Below, piece by piece: positions 29,455 to 40,328 of a DNA stretch of 64,000 nt. Origin of the DNA: Escherichia coli (GTDB taxonomy: Bacteria; Pseudomonadota; Gammaproteobacteria; Enterobacterales; Enterobacteriaceae). The position numbers and the translations under genes are program-made. The first letter of the stretch is position 1. Every line of letters begins with the position of its first letter. The stretch lies in the NCBI RefSeq assembly GCF_045037415.1, contig NZ_CP173438.1. The stretch is one strand, 5' to 3'. The notes below the pieces were generated by a model. It searched no databases and was not told the DNA's origin. It worked only from the letters and a program-made list of their open reading frames with translations.

Positions 29455-30206
29455 GTTGTCACCCTGGACCTGGTCGTACATTTAAGAAATTAAATCATTT
29501 CAACTTGGTTGTTAACGCAACCCGTATTTTGTTAACGCTGCGTTACGATGGAAAGTATGTCTGCGGAAATATTTTTAATAACTCACCCGCGCGTTGTATT
29601 TTTCTTTTTTTGTTCATACCAAAGTATTAAAACCCACGTAAATACGCTGTTATCTACGCAAAAAATATTTTGTTTTCTTTTAAATCTCCGTTTTCCGCTA
29701 TCAAAAATCACCAGACAGTCATTCTTCTTGCCCGTCGCTGATTGCTGCGATATGTCTTGCGCACAAGCCGTGACAAACCTCGTCTTTTTGCAGTAAAAAA
29801 TTGTCCACGGTGGTATGGAGAAAAAACAAGAACGTTTTACATGACGAAAGGACTACAGCGAAATATTTTTTATATGCATTATTAGTAAGTTAGCACCATT
29901 TGTATGATTTTTTAAAATTGTGCAATAAAAACCAAATGTACAACTTTTCTATCATTTCTAAACTTAATAAAACCTTAAGATTAACATTTTAATATAACGA
30001 GTTACATTTAGTTACATGTTTAACACTTGATTTAAGATTTGTAATGGCTAGATTGAAATCAGATGTAATCCATTAGTTTTATATTTTACCCATTTAGGGC
30101 TGATTTATTACTACACACAGCAGTGCAACATCTGTCAGTACTTCTGGTGCTTCTATTTTAGAGGCAGCTGTCAGGTGTGCGAACAATAAAAAAGCGGGGT
30201 TTCATC
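29455..30206. promoter_or_regulatory. csgBAC / csgDEFG divergent intergenic control region, including the csgD promoter and long 5' UTR
   Basis: 752-bp, visibly AT-rich non-coding block between divergent csgB and csgD. Known to integrate many regulators and small RNAs; individual sites were not mapped here. Confidence 0.8.
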
Positions 30207-30857
<651 letters not shown>

Positions 30858-30861
30858 AGCC

Positions 30862-31251
30862 ATGAAACGTTATTTACGCTGGATTGTGGCGGCAGAATTT
30901 CTGTTCGCCGCAGGGAATCTTCATGCCGTTGAGGTAGAAGTCCCGGGATTGTTAACTGACCATACTGTTTCATCTATTGGCCATGATTTTTACCGAGCCT
31001 TTAGTGATAAATGGGAAAGTGACTATACGGGTAACTTAACGATTAATGAAAGGCCCAGTGCACGATGGGGAAGTTGGATCACTATAACGGTCAATCAGGA
31101 CGTTATTTTCCAGACTTTTTTATTTCCGTTGAAAAGAGACTTCGAGAAAACTGTCGTCTTTGCACTGATTCAAACTGAAGAAGCACTAAATCGTCGCCAG
31201 ATAAACCAGGCGTTATTAAGTACGGGCGATTTGGCGCATGATGAATTTTAA
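30862..31251 (+). CDS. csgE: Curli secretion specificity factor CsgE (129 aa)
   Basis: Protein [47 protein letters not shown]... is CsgE; ATG at 30862. Confidence 0.95.
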
Positions 31252-31275
31252 ATAATAAATTGTTCGGAGGCTGCA

Positions 31276-31692
31276 ATGCGTGTCAAACATGCAGTAGTTC
31301 TACTCATGCTTATTTCGCCATTAAGTTGGGCTGGATCCATGACTTTCCAGTTCCGTAATCCAAACTTTGGTGGTAACCCAAATAATGGCGCTTTTTTGTT
31401 AAATAGCGCTCAGGCACAAAACTCTTATAAAGATCCGAGCTATAACGATGACTTTGGTATTGAAACGCCATCAGCGTTAGATAACTTTACTCAGGCCATC
31501 CAGTCACAAATTTTGGGTGGGCTACTGTCGAATATTAATACCGGTAAACCGGGCCGCATGGTGACCAACGATTATATTGTTGATATTGCTAACCGCGATG
31601 GTCAATTGCAGTTGAACGTGACAGATCGTAAAACCGGACAAACCTCGACCATCCAGGTTTCGGGTTTACAAAATAACTCAACCGATTTTTAA
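31276..31692 (+). CDS. csgF: Curli assembly component CsgF (138 aa)
   Basis: Protein [48 protein letters not shown]... is CsgF; ATG at 31276. Confidence 0.95.
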   Translation: MRVKHAVVLLMLISPLSWAGSMTFQFRNPNFGGNPNNGAFLLNSAQAQNSYKDPSYNDDFGIETPSALDNFTQAIQSQILGGLLSNINTGKPGRMVTNDYIVDIANRDGQLQLNVTDRKTGQTSTIQVSGLQNNSTDF

Positions 31693-31718
31693 GCCCCAGC
31701 TTCATAAGGAAAATAATC

Positions 31719-32552
31719 ATGCAGCGCTTATTTCTTTTGGTTGCCGTCATGTTACTGAGCGGATGCTTAACCGCCCCGCCTAAAGAAGCCGCCAGACCGA
31801 CATTAATGCCTCGTGCTCAGAGCTACAAAGATTTGACCCATCTGCCAGCGCCGACGGGTAAGATCTTTGTTTCGGTATACAACATTCAGGACGAAACCGG
31901 ACAATTTAAACCCTACCCGGCAAGTAACTTCTCCACTGCTGTTCCGCAAAGCGCCACGGCAATGCTGGTCACGGCACTGAAAGATTCTCGCTGGTTTATA
32001 CCGCTGGAGCGCCAGGGCTTACAAAATCTGCTTAACGAGCGCAAGATTATTCGTGCGGCACAAGAAAACGGCACAGTTGCCATTAATAACCGAATCCCGC
32101 TGCAATCTTTAACGGCGGCAAATATCATGGTTGAAGGTTCGATTATCGGTTATGAAAGCAACGTTAAATCGGGCGGTGTTGGGGCAAGATATTTTGGGAT
32201 CGGTGCAGACACGCAATACCAGCTTGATCAGATTGCCGTGAACCTGCGTGTCGTCAATGTGAGTACCGGTGAGATCCTCTCCTCGGTGAACACCAGTAAG
32301 ACGATACTTTCCTATGAAGTTCAGGCGGGGGTCTTCCGCTTTATTGACTACCAGCGCTTGCTGGAAGGGGAAGTAGGTTACACCTCGAACGAACCCGTTA
32401 TGCTGTGCCTGATGTCGGCTATCGAAACAGGCGTCATTTTCCTGATTAATGATGGTATCGACCGCGGCCTTTGGGATTTGCAAAATAAAACAGAACGGCA
32501 GAATGACATTCTGGTGAAATACCGCCATATGTCGGTTCCACCGGAATCCTGA
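31719..32552 (+). CDS. csgG: Curli outer-membrane secretion channel lipoprotein CsgG (277 aa)
   Basis: Protein MQRLFLLVAVMLLSGCLTAPPKEAARPTLMPRAQSYKDLTHLP... has a lipobox (LSGC); ATG at 31719. Confidence 0.95.
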   Translation: MQRLFLLVAVMLLSGCLTAPPKEAARPTLMPRAQSYKDLTHLPAPTGKIFVSVYNIQDETGQFKPYPASNFSTAVPQSATAMLVTALKDSRWFIPLERQGLQNLLNERKIIRAAQENGTVAINNRIPLQSLTAANIMVEGSIIGYESNVKSGGVGARYFGIGADTQYQLDQIAVNLRVVNVSTGEILSSVNTSKTILSYEVQAGVFRFIDYQRLLEGEVGYTSNEPVMLCLMSAIETGVIFLINDGIDRGLWDLQNKTERQNDILVKYRHMSVPPES

Positions 32553-32563
32553 TAGATAAAAAC

Positions 32564-32587
32564 GCCGGAATTAATAATCCGGCATTT
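32564..32587. terminator. Bidirectional rho-independent terminator between csgG and ycdZ
   Basis: Hairpin gccgga-attaataa-tccggc with T-rich runs on both strands, between the csgG stop (32552) and ycdZ stop (32617). Confidence 0.7.
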
Positions 32588-32616
32588 TACTGTTTAAGCG
32601 AAAGCGTGAGTGCCCC

Positions 32617-33108
32617 TCACGCTTTATTTTTGATTTGCTGCTCACGGTGAGCGGTCTTCGTACTACGCGCCGCCAGCCACAGGCCGCTGTTTTTCATTGC
32701 GTAACCAAATACCAGTCCAAGCGCCAGCGAAGGTAACACCAGTTTCCAGTCCCCCTGCCCGGCAAACGTCGCGCATGCGCCTATAAACGTCCCCGGAACA
32801 AATGAAAGCAGCAGCTGTTTGGCCTGAATACACATCAGAAACGCGACAATACCGGTTATTACATAACCGAGAATTTCCAGATGTGGTGCCAGTGCACTAC
32901 CGTAAATAATGACCATCGCCCACACCACGCCACTAAGCAGGGTTGCAGCGGAGATCGCCAGCCCTTTCAGCCCACCTTGCGGGCAGGCAAAGTAGGCCGT
33001 ACAGCCCAGGAAGCCCGCCCAGCTTAGTAAGCCCAGGGAAACAGCCACCCATCCCCAGATACCGGAGAGAATGCCTGTTGTGATTGCAATAGAGAGAAGT
33101 ATGTTCAT
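32617..33108 (-). CDS. ycdZ: Inner membrane protein YcdZ (DUF1097), 163 aa
   Basis: Protein MNILLSIAITTGILSGIWGWVAVSLGLLSWAGFLGCTAYFA..., polytopic and hydrophobic; ATG at 33108. Confidence 0.88.
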   Translation of the reverse strand: MNILLSIAITTGILSGIWGWVAVSLGLLSWAGFLGCTAYFACPQGGLKGLAISAATLLSGVVWAMVIIYGSALAPHLEILGYVITGIVAFLMCIQAKQLLLSFVPGTFIGACATFAGQGDWKLVLPSLALGLVFGYAMKNSGLWLAARSTKTAHREQQIKNKA

Positions 33109-33209
33109 GCCGCGCATGATAGCAGAAAACGCGGCCATGAATGAGATCGAGCACACATTTTATGCAACAACAAATTATCAGTTGCAGTTATGAGTGATGC
33201 AGATCACAT

Positions 33210-33764
33210 TTACTCTTCAGAATCTTCTTCCAGCTCGTCCCACATTGCACTAATAGCATCGCGGGTTAGCGGTGCCATGGTGCGCCAGAAAGGCGTAGTT
33301 GCATGGGCCTCCACTTTGCCAAGGAACGCACCACACCAGGGTAACAGATACTCACTGAACAGTGTTTCCAGTGCTTCGCTCTCATCTTCCGTTGACTGAT
33401 CTTCCAGCCAGGAAGCCGCAAGCAGCAATGTGCCGATGTGATCGGCTGGCGTATCCGCTAGTGGCATCCCTCGTTCGGAAAGAAAAGCGCGCACTTCCGC
33501 TTCCGTTGCGCCCTCAACCCATGCGCTACGATATGGCGGCACAGCACATTCATCGCCGATAAACAACGCATTGTAATCGGCAGAGACTTGCGTCATATCA
33601 CAGCTTTTCTGTAAACGCGTCAGTAACTCATCCTGCTCCAGTGGCCAGTTCGCAGCCAGTTTCCCCTCACGAATCAGGGTAAACAACGGCACCAGTAAAG
33701 GATCTTGCGGTTGGCGGTAATAGAGCGAACCCAGCACACGACAGAGGATAGAAAACTCGTTCAT
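33210..33764 (-). CDS. ycdY: TorD-like chaperone YcdY (184 aa)
   Basis: Protein MNEFSILCRVLGSLYYRQPQDPLLVPLFTLIREGKLAANWPLEQ... is YcdY; ATG at 33764. Confidence 0.92.
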   Translation of the reverse strand: MNEFSILCRVLGSLYYRQPQDPLLVPLFTLIREGKLAANWPLEQDELLTRLQKSCDMTQVSADYNALFIGDECAVPPYRSAWVEGATEAEVRAFLSERGMPLADTPADHIGTLLLAASWLEDQSTEDESEALETLFSEYLLPWCGAFLGKVEAHATTPFWRTMAPLTRDAISAMWDELEEDSEE

Positions 33765-33787
33765 TAATATATTTCCATTACTAGTAA

Positions 33788-34525
33788 TTAAAGGTCTGCA
33801 AATTCCGCAATCGGTGCCATACCGCGAGATTCAAGGAAGTTCAGTAAGCGGCGCGGAGAAACATTCAAAATGCGTTCTGGCGGAAAATCTACCGCGTCGA
33901 GGATTTTAAGACACTCTTCAAATTCCCCCATGGTAAATGCAGTGTGAGAATCCGAGCCTAATGCCACCCAACCTCCAGCGTCACGTACCGCTGCAGCTAC
34001 CGCACGACAGTTGTCTTCACTGCCCTTACGTGAGTGTAAAAATGAGGAATTATTGATTTCCAGCGCCACCTGATATTTCGCGGCTGCTTCAGCAACGGCT
34101 TTAACATCTATCTCATATTTCGGATTTCCGGGATGGCTTATTATATGCACATTGCCGCTGGCGATAGTGGCGATCATCGCTTGTGTATTGGTTGCTTTGT
34201 CATGTGGCGCAAAAACCGGCTCATGAAAACCGGCAATAATCAGATCCAGCGAATCAAACATTTTGCCGCTGCAATCAATTTCACCATCAACATTTTTAAT
34301 GTTAGCTTCGATGCCGCGCAGGATCCCTACCCCATCAACCACTCGCGGCCAGATACGCATGTTAATGAAGTGCCAGTGATGCGGCGCATCTTCCATATCC
34401 GGGCCATGATCGGTGATCGCAAAAAGTTTAATGCCCTTTTGTTTGGCCTGGGCAATGTAATCACTCAATGTGCTATATGCATGCGTGCTGGCAACGGTAT
34501 GCATATGAAGGTCGACGGGATACAT
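33788..34525 (-). CDS. ycdX: PHP-domain zinc phosphatase YcdX (245 aa)
   Basis: Protein [44 protein letters not shown]... has the PHP His motifs; ATG at 34525. Confidence 0.93.
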   Translation of the reverse strand: MYPVDLHMHTVASTHAYSTLSDYIAQAKQKGIKLFAITDHGPDMEDAPHHWHFINMRIWPRVVDGVGILRGIEANIKNVDGEIDCSGKMFDSLDLIIAGFHEPVFAPHDKATNTQAMIATIASGNVHIISHPGNPKYEIDVKAVAEAAAKYQVALEINNSSFLHSRKGSEDNCRAVAAAVRDAGGWVALGSDSHTAFTMGEFEECLKILDAVDFPPERILNVSPRRLLNFLESRGMAPIAEFADL

Positions 34526-34579
34526 AACTCTCTCCTGTATTCAATTCCCGCCAAGGATAGCAGGAAACCTGATGCTTTA

Positions 34580-35557
<978 letters not shown>

Positions 35558-35751
35558 TTATCGTTATGATCTACAAAGGCCACCAGCATAACAAATCCGT
35601 GGTCGGTGACAAAAAAAGCAAATTTCGCTTATTAAAACTACATATTGATTGAAGTTTGAATAATCGAGCGATTTTTTAAAAAAGTTTGTTGACCTCAGGT
35701 CATGATTTCCCTAAATTAGCGCCCGTTCCAGCAAGACAGGAACGACAATTT

Positions 35752-35839
35752 GGTGAGGTGTCCGAGTGGCTGAAGGAGCACGCCTGGAAAGTGTGTATAC
35801 GGCAACGTATCGGGGGTTCGAATCCCCCCCTCACCGCCA
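35752..35839 (+). tRNA. serX: tRNA-Ser (anticodon GGA)
   Basis: GGTGAGGTGTCCGAGTGGCTGAAGGAGCACGCCTGGAAAGTGTGTATACGGCAACGTATCGGGGGTTCGAATCCCCCCCTCACCGCCA: acceptor stem pairs with the 3' end, long variable arm typical of class II Ser tRNA, GGA anticodon, encoded CCA. Confidence 0.93.
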
Positions 35840-35848
35840 TATTTAAAG

Positions 35849-35880
35849 AAGAGCTCGTACGAAAGTACGAGCTTTTTTTT
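35849..35880 (+). terminator. Rho-independent terminator of serX
   Basis: Hairpin gagctcgtac-gaaa-gtacgagc followed by 8 T. Confidence 0.85.
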
Positions 35881-35943
35881 CGTATATTGCATACACCGGG
35901 GGGATGAGAAGCCCCAGGCGGAGGTTGACAACTAGCGACAGAC

Positions 35944-37311
35944 TCATTCATCATCCTTGCGGTTGATAAGAATTTCTGCCTCTTTTACTACCACCTTATT
36001 ACGCCCGGTCTCTTTCGCCTCGTAAAGTGCGTTATCAGCCAGTTGATAGATCTCCTTAGGGTTTAACTCATTTTTCTGCGTTACAACAGCGCCAATACTA
36101 ATCGTCACTTTTTGTGGTATGGCGTATTCAGGATTATCGCCAGTTAAACGTTCAACATTTTCCCGAATCCTTTCCGCTAAAGCTTTCGCACATTCAGTAT
36201 CGATCTCCGTCAGCAAGACGCCAAACTCTTCGCCGCCAACGCGCGCTAAAAGGTCATCTGGTCGTATGCTTTTCCCAATGATATTCACCACTGTCTTTAT
36301 CACTTGATCGCCAACCGGATGTCCCCAGGTGTCGTTGACTTTTTTGAAGTGGTCAATATCCATAATCATGACGCAATAAGGTGTTTTTTTGGCCGATGCT
36401 GATTGAACCGTCAGTTCATTAAAAAAATAATTTCTGTTGAATATATTGGTTAAGGGATCGCGATGTGCAATGTCCTTTGTTACTCGTAGCGCACTGAATA
36501 TATGGCACATAAAAATTACCAAAACGGTTAACTTACTGACTACTTCAATAGTGCGACTAATATACCAAATGGACACGCTATACCTGCTCATAAATAACAG
36601 AGAGATATTGTACAGCACGGCACAAAAAGCAATCACCGACACCCCGTTCCAGATATCACAGCGTAAACCATTAAAGTATAGATTAACCGAAAGCAAGGTT
36701 AACCACATGAAAATCATTATGGTAACATATGAGGCTTTCCAAACCACCTGACCATTTTCATTGGTTAACTCGGCAATGTGTAAATCGTAGCTCTCATAAT
36801 GGCTAGAAAATATGTGAGCAACTATCGGCCCCCCAAGAACAAAAAACAAACTTATGCACAAAGTCACTTTTTTGGAAAATAAATTGCGCTGTTTTGTGTT
36901 TTCACTAACTTTATTTATCAATGCCAGAAATATTAACATGCACAAACTCATCTGACGAAACAAATAATAAATTGCAATGTCATTTTGAACAACACTGCTT
37001 GTCAAACGCCCCTCAATAATTTGCTGAATGATAATGACGGTTTTAACAAAGTAAATCAAACAACTTAGAAAAGCCAAACTAAGTATACAGTTTGAAAATT
37101 GCCTACGGTCATAAATGAAATACAACTGCATAAAAATAAATGCAACAGTATCGATAAAAAATAAAGCAATCATAACCATCAGATAGGTTGATCGTGGAAC
37201 AACTTCCTCAACGGTTGGCTGATTGAACCAACTATTAACCAAAACCAATGCAAGCCCAAACAATAAGCTCACTAATACAGTACTACTAATTCCCAAATAG
37301 TCTTTTTCCAT
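35944..37311 (-). CDS. dgcT: Membrane-anchored diguanylate cyclase DgcT (YcdT); about 455 aa from this ATG
   Basis: Protein from MEKDYLGISSTVLVSLLFGLALV... has multiple N-terminal TM helices and a C-terminal GGDEF domain (RVGGEEFGVLL); ATG at 37311. The track extension to 37434 starts on TTG right after a stop and was trimmed. Confidence 0.88.
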   Translation of the reverse strand: MEKDYLGISSTVLVSLLFGLALVLVNSWFNQPTVEEVVPRSTYLMVMIALFFIDTVAFIFMQLYFIYDRRQFSNCILSLAFLSCLIYFVKTVIIIQQIIEGRLTSSVVQNDIAIYYLFRQMSLCMLIFLALINKVSENTKQRNLFSKKVTLCISLFFVLGGPIVAHIFSSHYESYDLHIAELTNENGQVVWKASYVTIMIFMWLTLLSVNLYFNGLRCDIWNGVSVIAFCAVLYNISLLFMSRYSVSIWYISRTIEVVSKLTVLVIFMCHIFSALRVTKDIAHRDPLTNIFNRNYFFNELTVQSASAKKTPYCVMIMDIDHFKKVNDTWGHPVGDQVIKTVVNIIGKSIRPDDLLARVGGEEFGVLLTEIDTECAKALAERIRENVERLTGDNPEYAIPQKVTISIGAVVTQKNELNPKEIYQLADNALYEAKETGRNKVVVKEAEILINRKDDE

Positions 37312-37434
37312 AAAGCTACACCAACCTGTAGGTTGTAGATCCCTTTTTATTATTAATAGATATAAGAACTGTACTGTTGTCAATATGAAAATCCACCCAC
37401 AAACAATACCGATGATGATAGTTGCAGAATGCAA

Positions 37435-37896
37435 TTATTATCACTTTAATGCTTTATACATTTTTTGCTGCAAGGCAGGCGCAAATACTTATAAAAGATT
37501 ATAATAAAATCCTTATAAAGCATTAATTAATAGATACATTAGGAATAACAATTAAATCCGTGAGTGCAGTAGCGCTGCCTTTCATCAGGACTTTCGAAAA
37601 ATCCGAAATCATGCATCGGAATTTACTGATTTAATTATTTTAATCCTAATTTATTTTGAAAAAGGTATTGGGATTTATGCCGTATTCCTGAAGATCCTCA
37701 TCATTGGAATGGATTTTCGGGCGAGAAAAGGATTTTATATGGACACTCTGCTCATCATTTCTTCTTCTCATCATCAACAATTCACGTCTCTCTTCCGCGT
37801 TTAATAACGGATTATGAGATGCAAAAATATCTTTCTTTTCAGTTACCTGTAATTAGATACAGAGAGAGATTTTGGCAATACATGGAGTAATACAGG
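37435..37896 (+). promoter_or_regulatory. ycdT / pgaA divergent intergenic region with the long pgaA leader (CsrA-regulated)
   Basis: 462-bp AT-rich non-coding block with several GGA motifs, including caggatg overlapping the pgaA Shine-Dalgarno and ATG. CsrA repression of pgaA via leader GGA sites is established; exact sites were not mapped. Confidence 0.7.
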
Positions 37897-40320
37897 ATGT
37901 ATTCAAGTAGCAGAAAAAGGTGCCCGAAAACCAAATGGGCTTTGAAAATTCTTACTGCTGCATTTTTAGCAGCGAGTCCCGCGGCGAAGAGTGCTGTTAA
38001 TAACGCCTATGATGCATTGATTATTGAAGCTCGCAAAGGAAATACTCAGCCAGCTTTGTCATGGTTTGCACAAAAATCAACACTCAGTAATAACCAAATT
38101 GCTGACTGGTTACAGATTGCCTTATGGGCCGGGCAAGATAAACAGGTTATTACCGTTTACAACCGCTATCGTCATCAGCAATTACCAGCGCGTGGTTATG
38201 CAGCTGTCGCCGTCGCTTATCGTAACCTGCAACAATGGCAAAACTCGCTTACACTGTGGCAAAAGGCGCTCTCTCTGGAGCCGCAAAATAAGGATTATCA
38301 ACGGGGACAAATTTTAACCCTGGCAGATGCGGGTCACTATGATACTGCGCTGTTTAAACTTAAGCAGCTTAAATCTGGAGCACCGGACAAAGCCAATTTA
38401 CTCGCAGAAGCCTATATCTATAAACTGACGGGGCGTTATCAGGATGAATTACGGGCGATGACAGAGTCATTACCTGAAAATGCATCTAAGCAACAATATC
38501 CCACAGAATACGTGCTGGCATTACGTAATAATCAACTAGCTGCCGCGATTGACGATGCCAATTTAACGCCAGATATTCGCGCTGATATTCATGCCGAACT
38601 GGTCAGACTGTCGTTTATGCCTACGCGCAGTGAAAATGAACGTTATGCCATTGCCGATCGCGCCCTCGCCCAATACGCTGCATTAGAAATTCTGTGGCAC
38701 GATAACCCAGACCGCACTGCCCAGTACCAGCGTATTCAGGTTGATCATCTTGGCGCGTTATTAACTCGCGATCGTTATAGAGACGTTATTTCTCACTATC
38801 AGCGTTTAAAAAAGACGGGGCAAATTATTCCGCCCTGGGCGCTATATTGGGTTGCGTCGGCTTATCTCAAAGATCAGCAGCCGAAAAAAGCACAGTCAAT
38901 AATGACCGAGCTCTTTTATAACAAGGAAACCATTGCCACGGATTTATCCGATGAAGAACTTGCGGATCTCTTTTACAGCCACCTGGAGAGTGAAAATTAT
39001 CCCGGCGCGCTAACTGTCACCAAACATACCATTAATACTTCGCCGCCTTTCCTTCGGCTAATGGGCACGCCTACGAGCATCCCGAATGATACCTGGTTAC
39101 AGGGGCATTCGTTTCTCTCAACCGTAGCAAAATATAGTAATGATCTTCCTCAAGCTGAAATAACAACCAGAGAACTTGCTTATAACGCACCAGGAAATCA
39201 GGGACTGCGCATCGATTACGCGAGTGTGTTACAAGCCCGCGGTTGGCCTCGTGCGGCAGAAAATGAATTAAAAAAAGCAGAAGTGATCGAGCCACGTAAT
39301 ATTAATCTGGAGGTTGAACAAGCCTGGACAGCATTAACGTTACAAGAATGGCAGCAGGCAGCTGTCTTAACCCACGATGTTGTCGAACGTGAACCGCAAG
39401 ATCCCGGCGTTGTACGATTAAAACGTGCGGTTGATGTACATAATCTTGCAGAGCTTCGTATCGCTGGCTCAACAGGAATTGATGCCGAAGGTCCAGATAG
39501 TGGCAAACATGATGTCGACTTAACCACCATCGTTTATTCACCACCGCTGAATGATAACTGGCGCGGTTTTGCTGGATTCGGTTATGCCGATGGACAATTT
39601 AGCGAAGGAAAAGGGATTGTTCGCGACTGGCTGGCAGGTGTTGAGTGGCGGTCACGTAATATCTGGCTCGAGGCGGAGTACGCTGAACGCTTTTTCAATC
39701 ATGAGCATAAACCCGGCGCGCGCCTGTCTGGCTGGTATGATTTTAATGATAACTGGCGTATTGGTTCGCAACTGGAACGCCTCTCTCACCGCGTTCCATT
39801 ACGGGCAATGAAAAATGGTGTTACAGGCAACAGCGCACAGGCTTATGTTCGCTGGTATCAAAATGAGCGGCGTAAGTACGGTGTCTCCTGGGCTTTCACT
39901 GATTTTTCCGACAGTAACCAGCGTCATGAAGTCTCAATTGAGGGTCAAGAACGCATCTGGTCTTCACCATATTTGATTGTCGATTTCCTACCCAATCTGT
40001 ATTACGAACAAAATACAGAACACGACACCCCATACTACAACCCTATAAAAATGTTCGATATTGTTCCGGCATTTGAGGCAAGTCATTTGTTATGGCGAAG
40101 CTATGAAAATAGCTGGGAGCAAATATTCAGCGCAGGTGTTGGTGCCTCCTGGCAAAAACATTATGGCACGGATGTCGTCACCCAACTCGGCTACGGGCAA
40201 CGTATTAGCTGGAATGACGTGATTGATGCTGGCGCAACGCTACGCTGGGAAAAACGACCTTATGACGGTGACAGAGAACACAACTTATACGTTGAATTCG
40301 ATATGACATTCAGATTTTAA
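37897..40320 (+). CDS. pgaA: Poly-beta-1,6-N-acetylglucosamine (PGA) outer membrane export porin PgaA (807 aa)
   Basis: Protein MYSSSRKRCPKTKWALKILTAAFLAASPAAKSAVNNAYDALIIEARKGN..., TPR-like N-terminus and beta-barrel C-terminus; ATG at 37897. Confidence 0.95.
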   Translation: MYSSSRKRCPKTKWALKILTAAFLAASPAAKSAVNNAYDALIIEARKGNTQPALSWFAQKSTLSNNQIADWLQIALWAGQDKQVITVYNRYRHQQLPARGYAAVAVAYRNLQQWQNSLTLWQKALSLEPQNKDYQRGQILTLADAGHYDTALFKLKQLKSGAPDKANLLAEAYIYKLTGRYQDELRAMTESLPENASKQQYPTEYVLALRNNQLAAAIDDANLTPDIRADIHAELVRLSFMPTRSENERYAIADRALAQYAALEILWHDNPDRTAQYQRIQVDHLGALLTRDRYRDVISHYQRLKKTGQIIPPWALYWVASAYLKDQQPKKAQSIMTELFYNKETIATDLSDEELADLFYSHLESENYPGALTVTKHTINTSPPFLRLMGTPTSIPNDTWLQGHSFLSTVAKYSNDLPQAEITTRELAYNAPGNQGLRIDYASVLQARGWPRAAENELKKAEVIEPRNINLEVEQAWTALTLQEWQQAAVLTHDVVEREPQDPGVVRLKRAVDVHNLAELRIAGSTGIDAEGPDSGKHDVDLTTIVYSPPLNDNWRGFAGFGYADGQFSEGKGIVRDWLAGVEWRSRNIWLEAEYAERFFNHEHKPGARLSGWYDFNDNWRIGSQLERLSHRVPLRAMKNGVTGNSAQAYVRWYQNERRKYGVSWAFTDFSDSNQRHEVSIEGQERIWSSPYLIVDFLPNLYYEQNTEHDTPYYNPIKMFDIVPAFEASHLLWRSYENSWEQIFSAGVGASWQKHYGTDVVTQLGYGQRISWNDVIDAGATLRWEKRPYDGDREHNLYVEFDMTFRF

Positions 40321-40328
40321 GGATAAAT

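Noticed and set aside
37312-37434. In-frame 41-codon upstream extension of ycdT (ORF track begins at 37434) encoding a hydrophobic, TM-like segment
   Set aside because: The extension begins on a TTG immediately after a stop codon, with no convincing ribosome binding site; the ATG at 37311 gives the recognised DgcT N-terminus (MEKDYL...). Treated as read-through of the maximal ORF, not a real extension.
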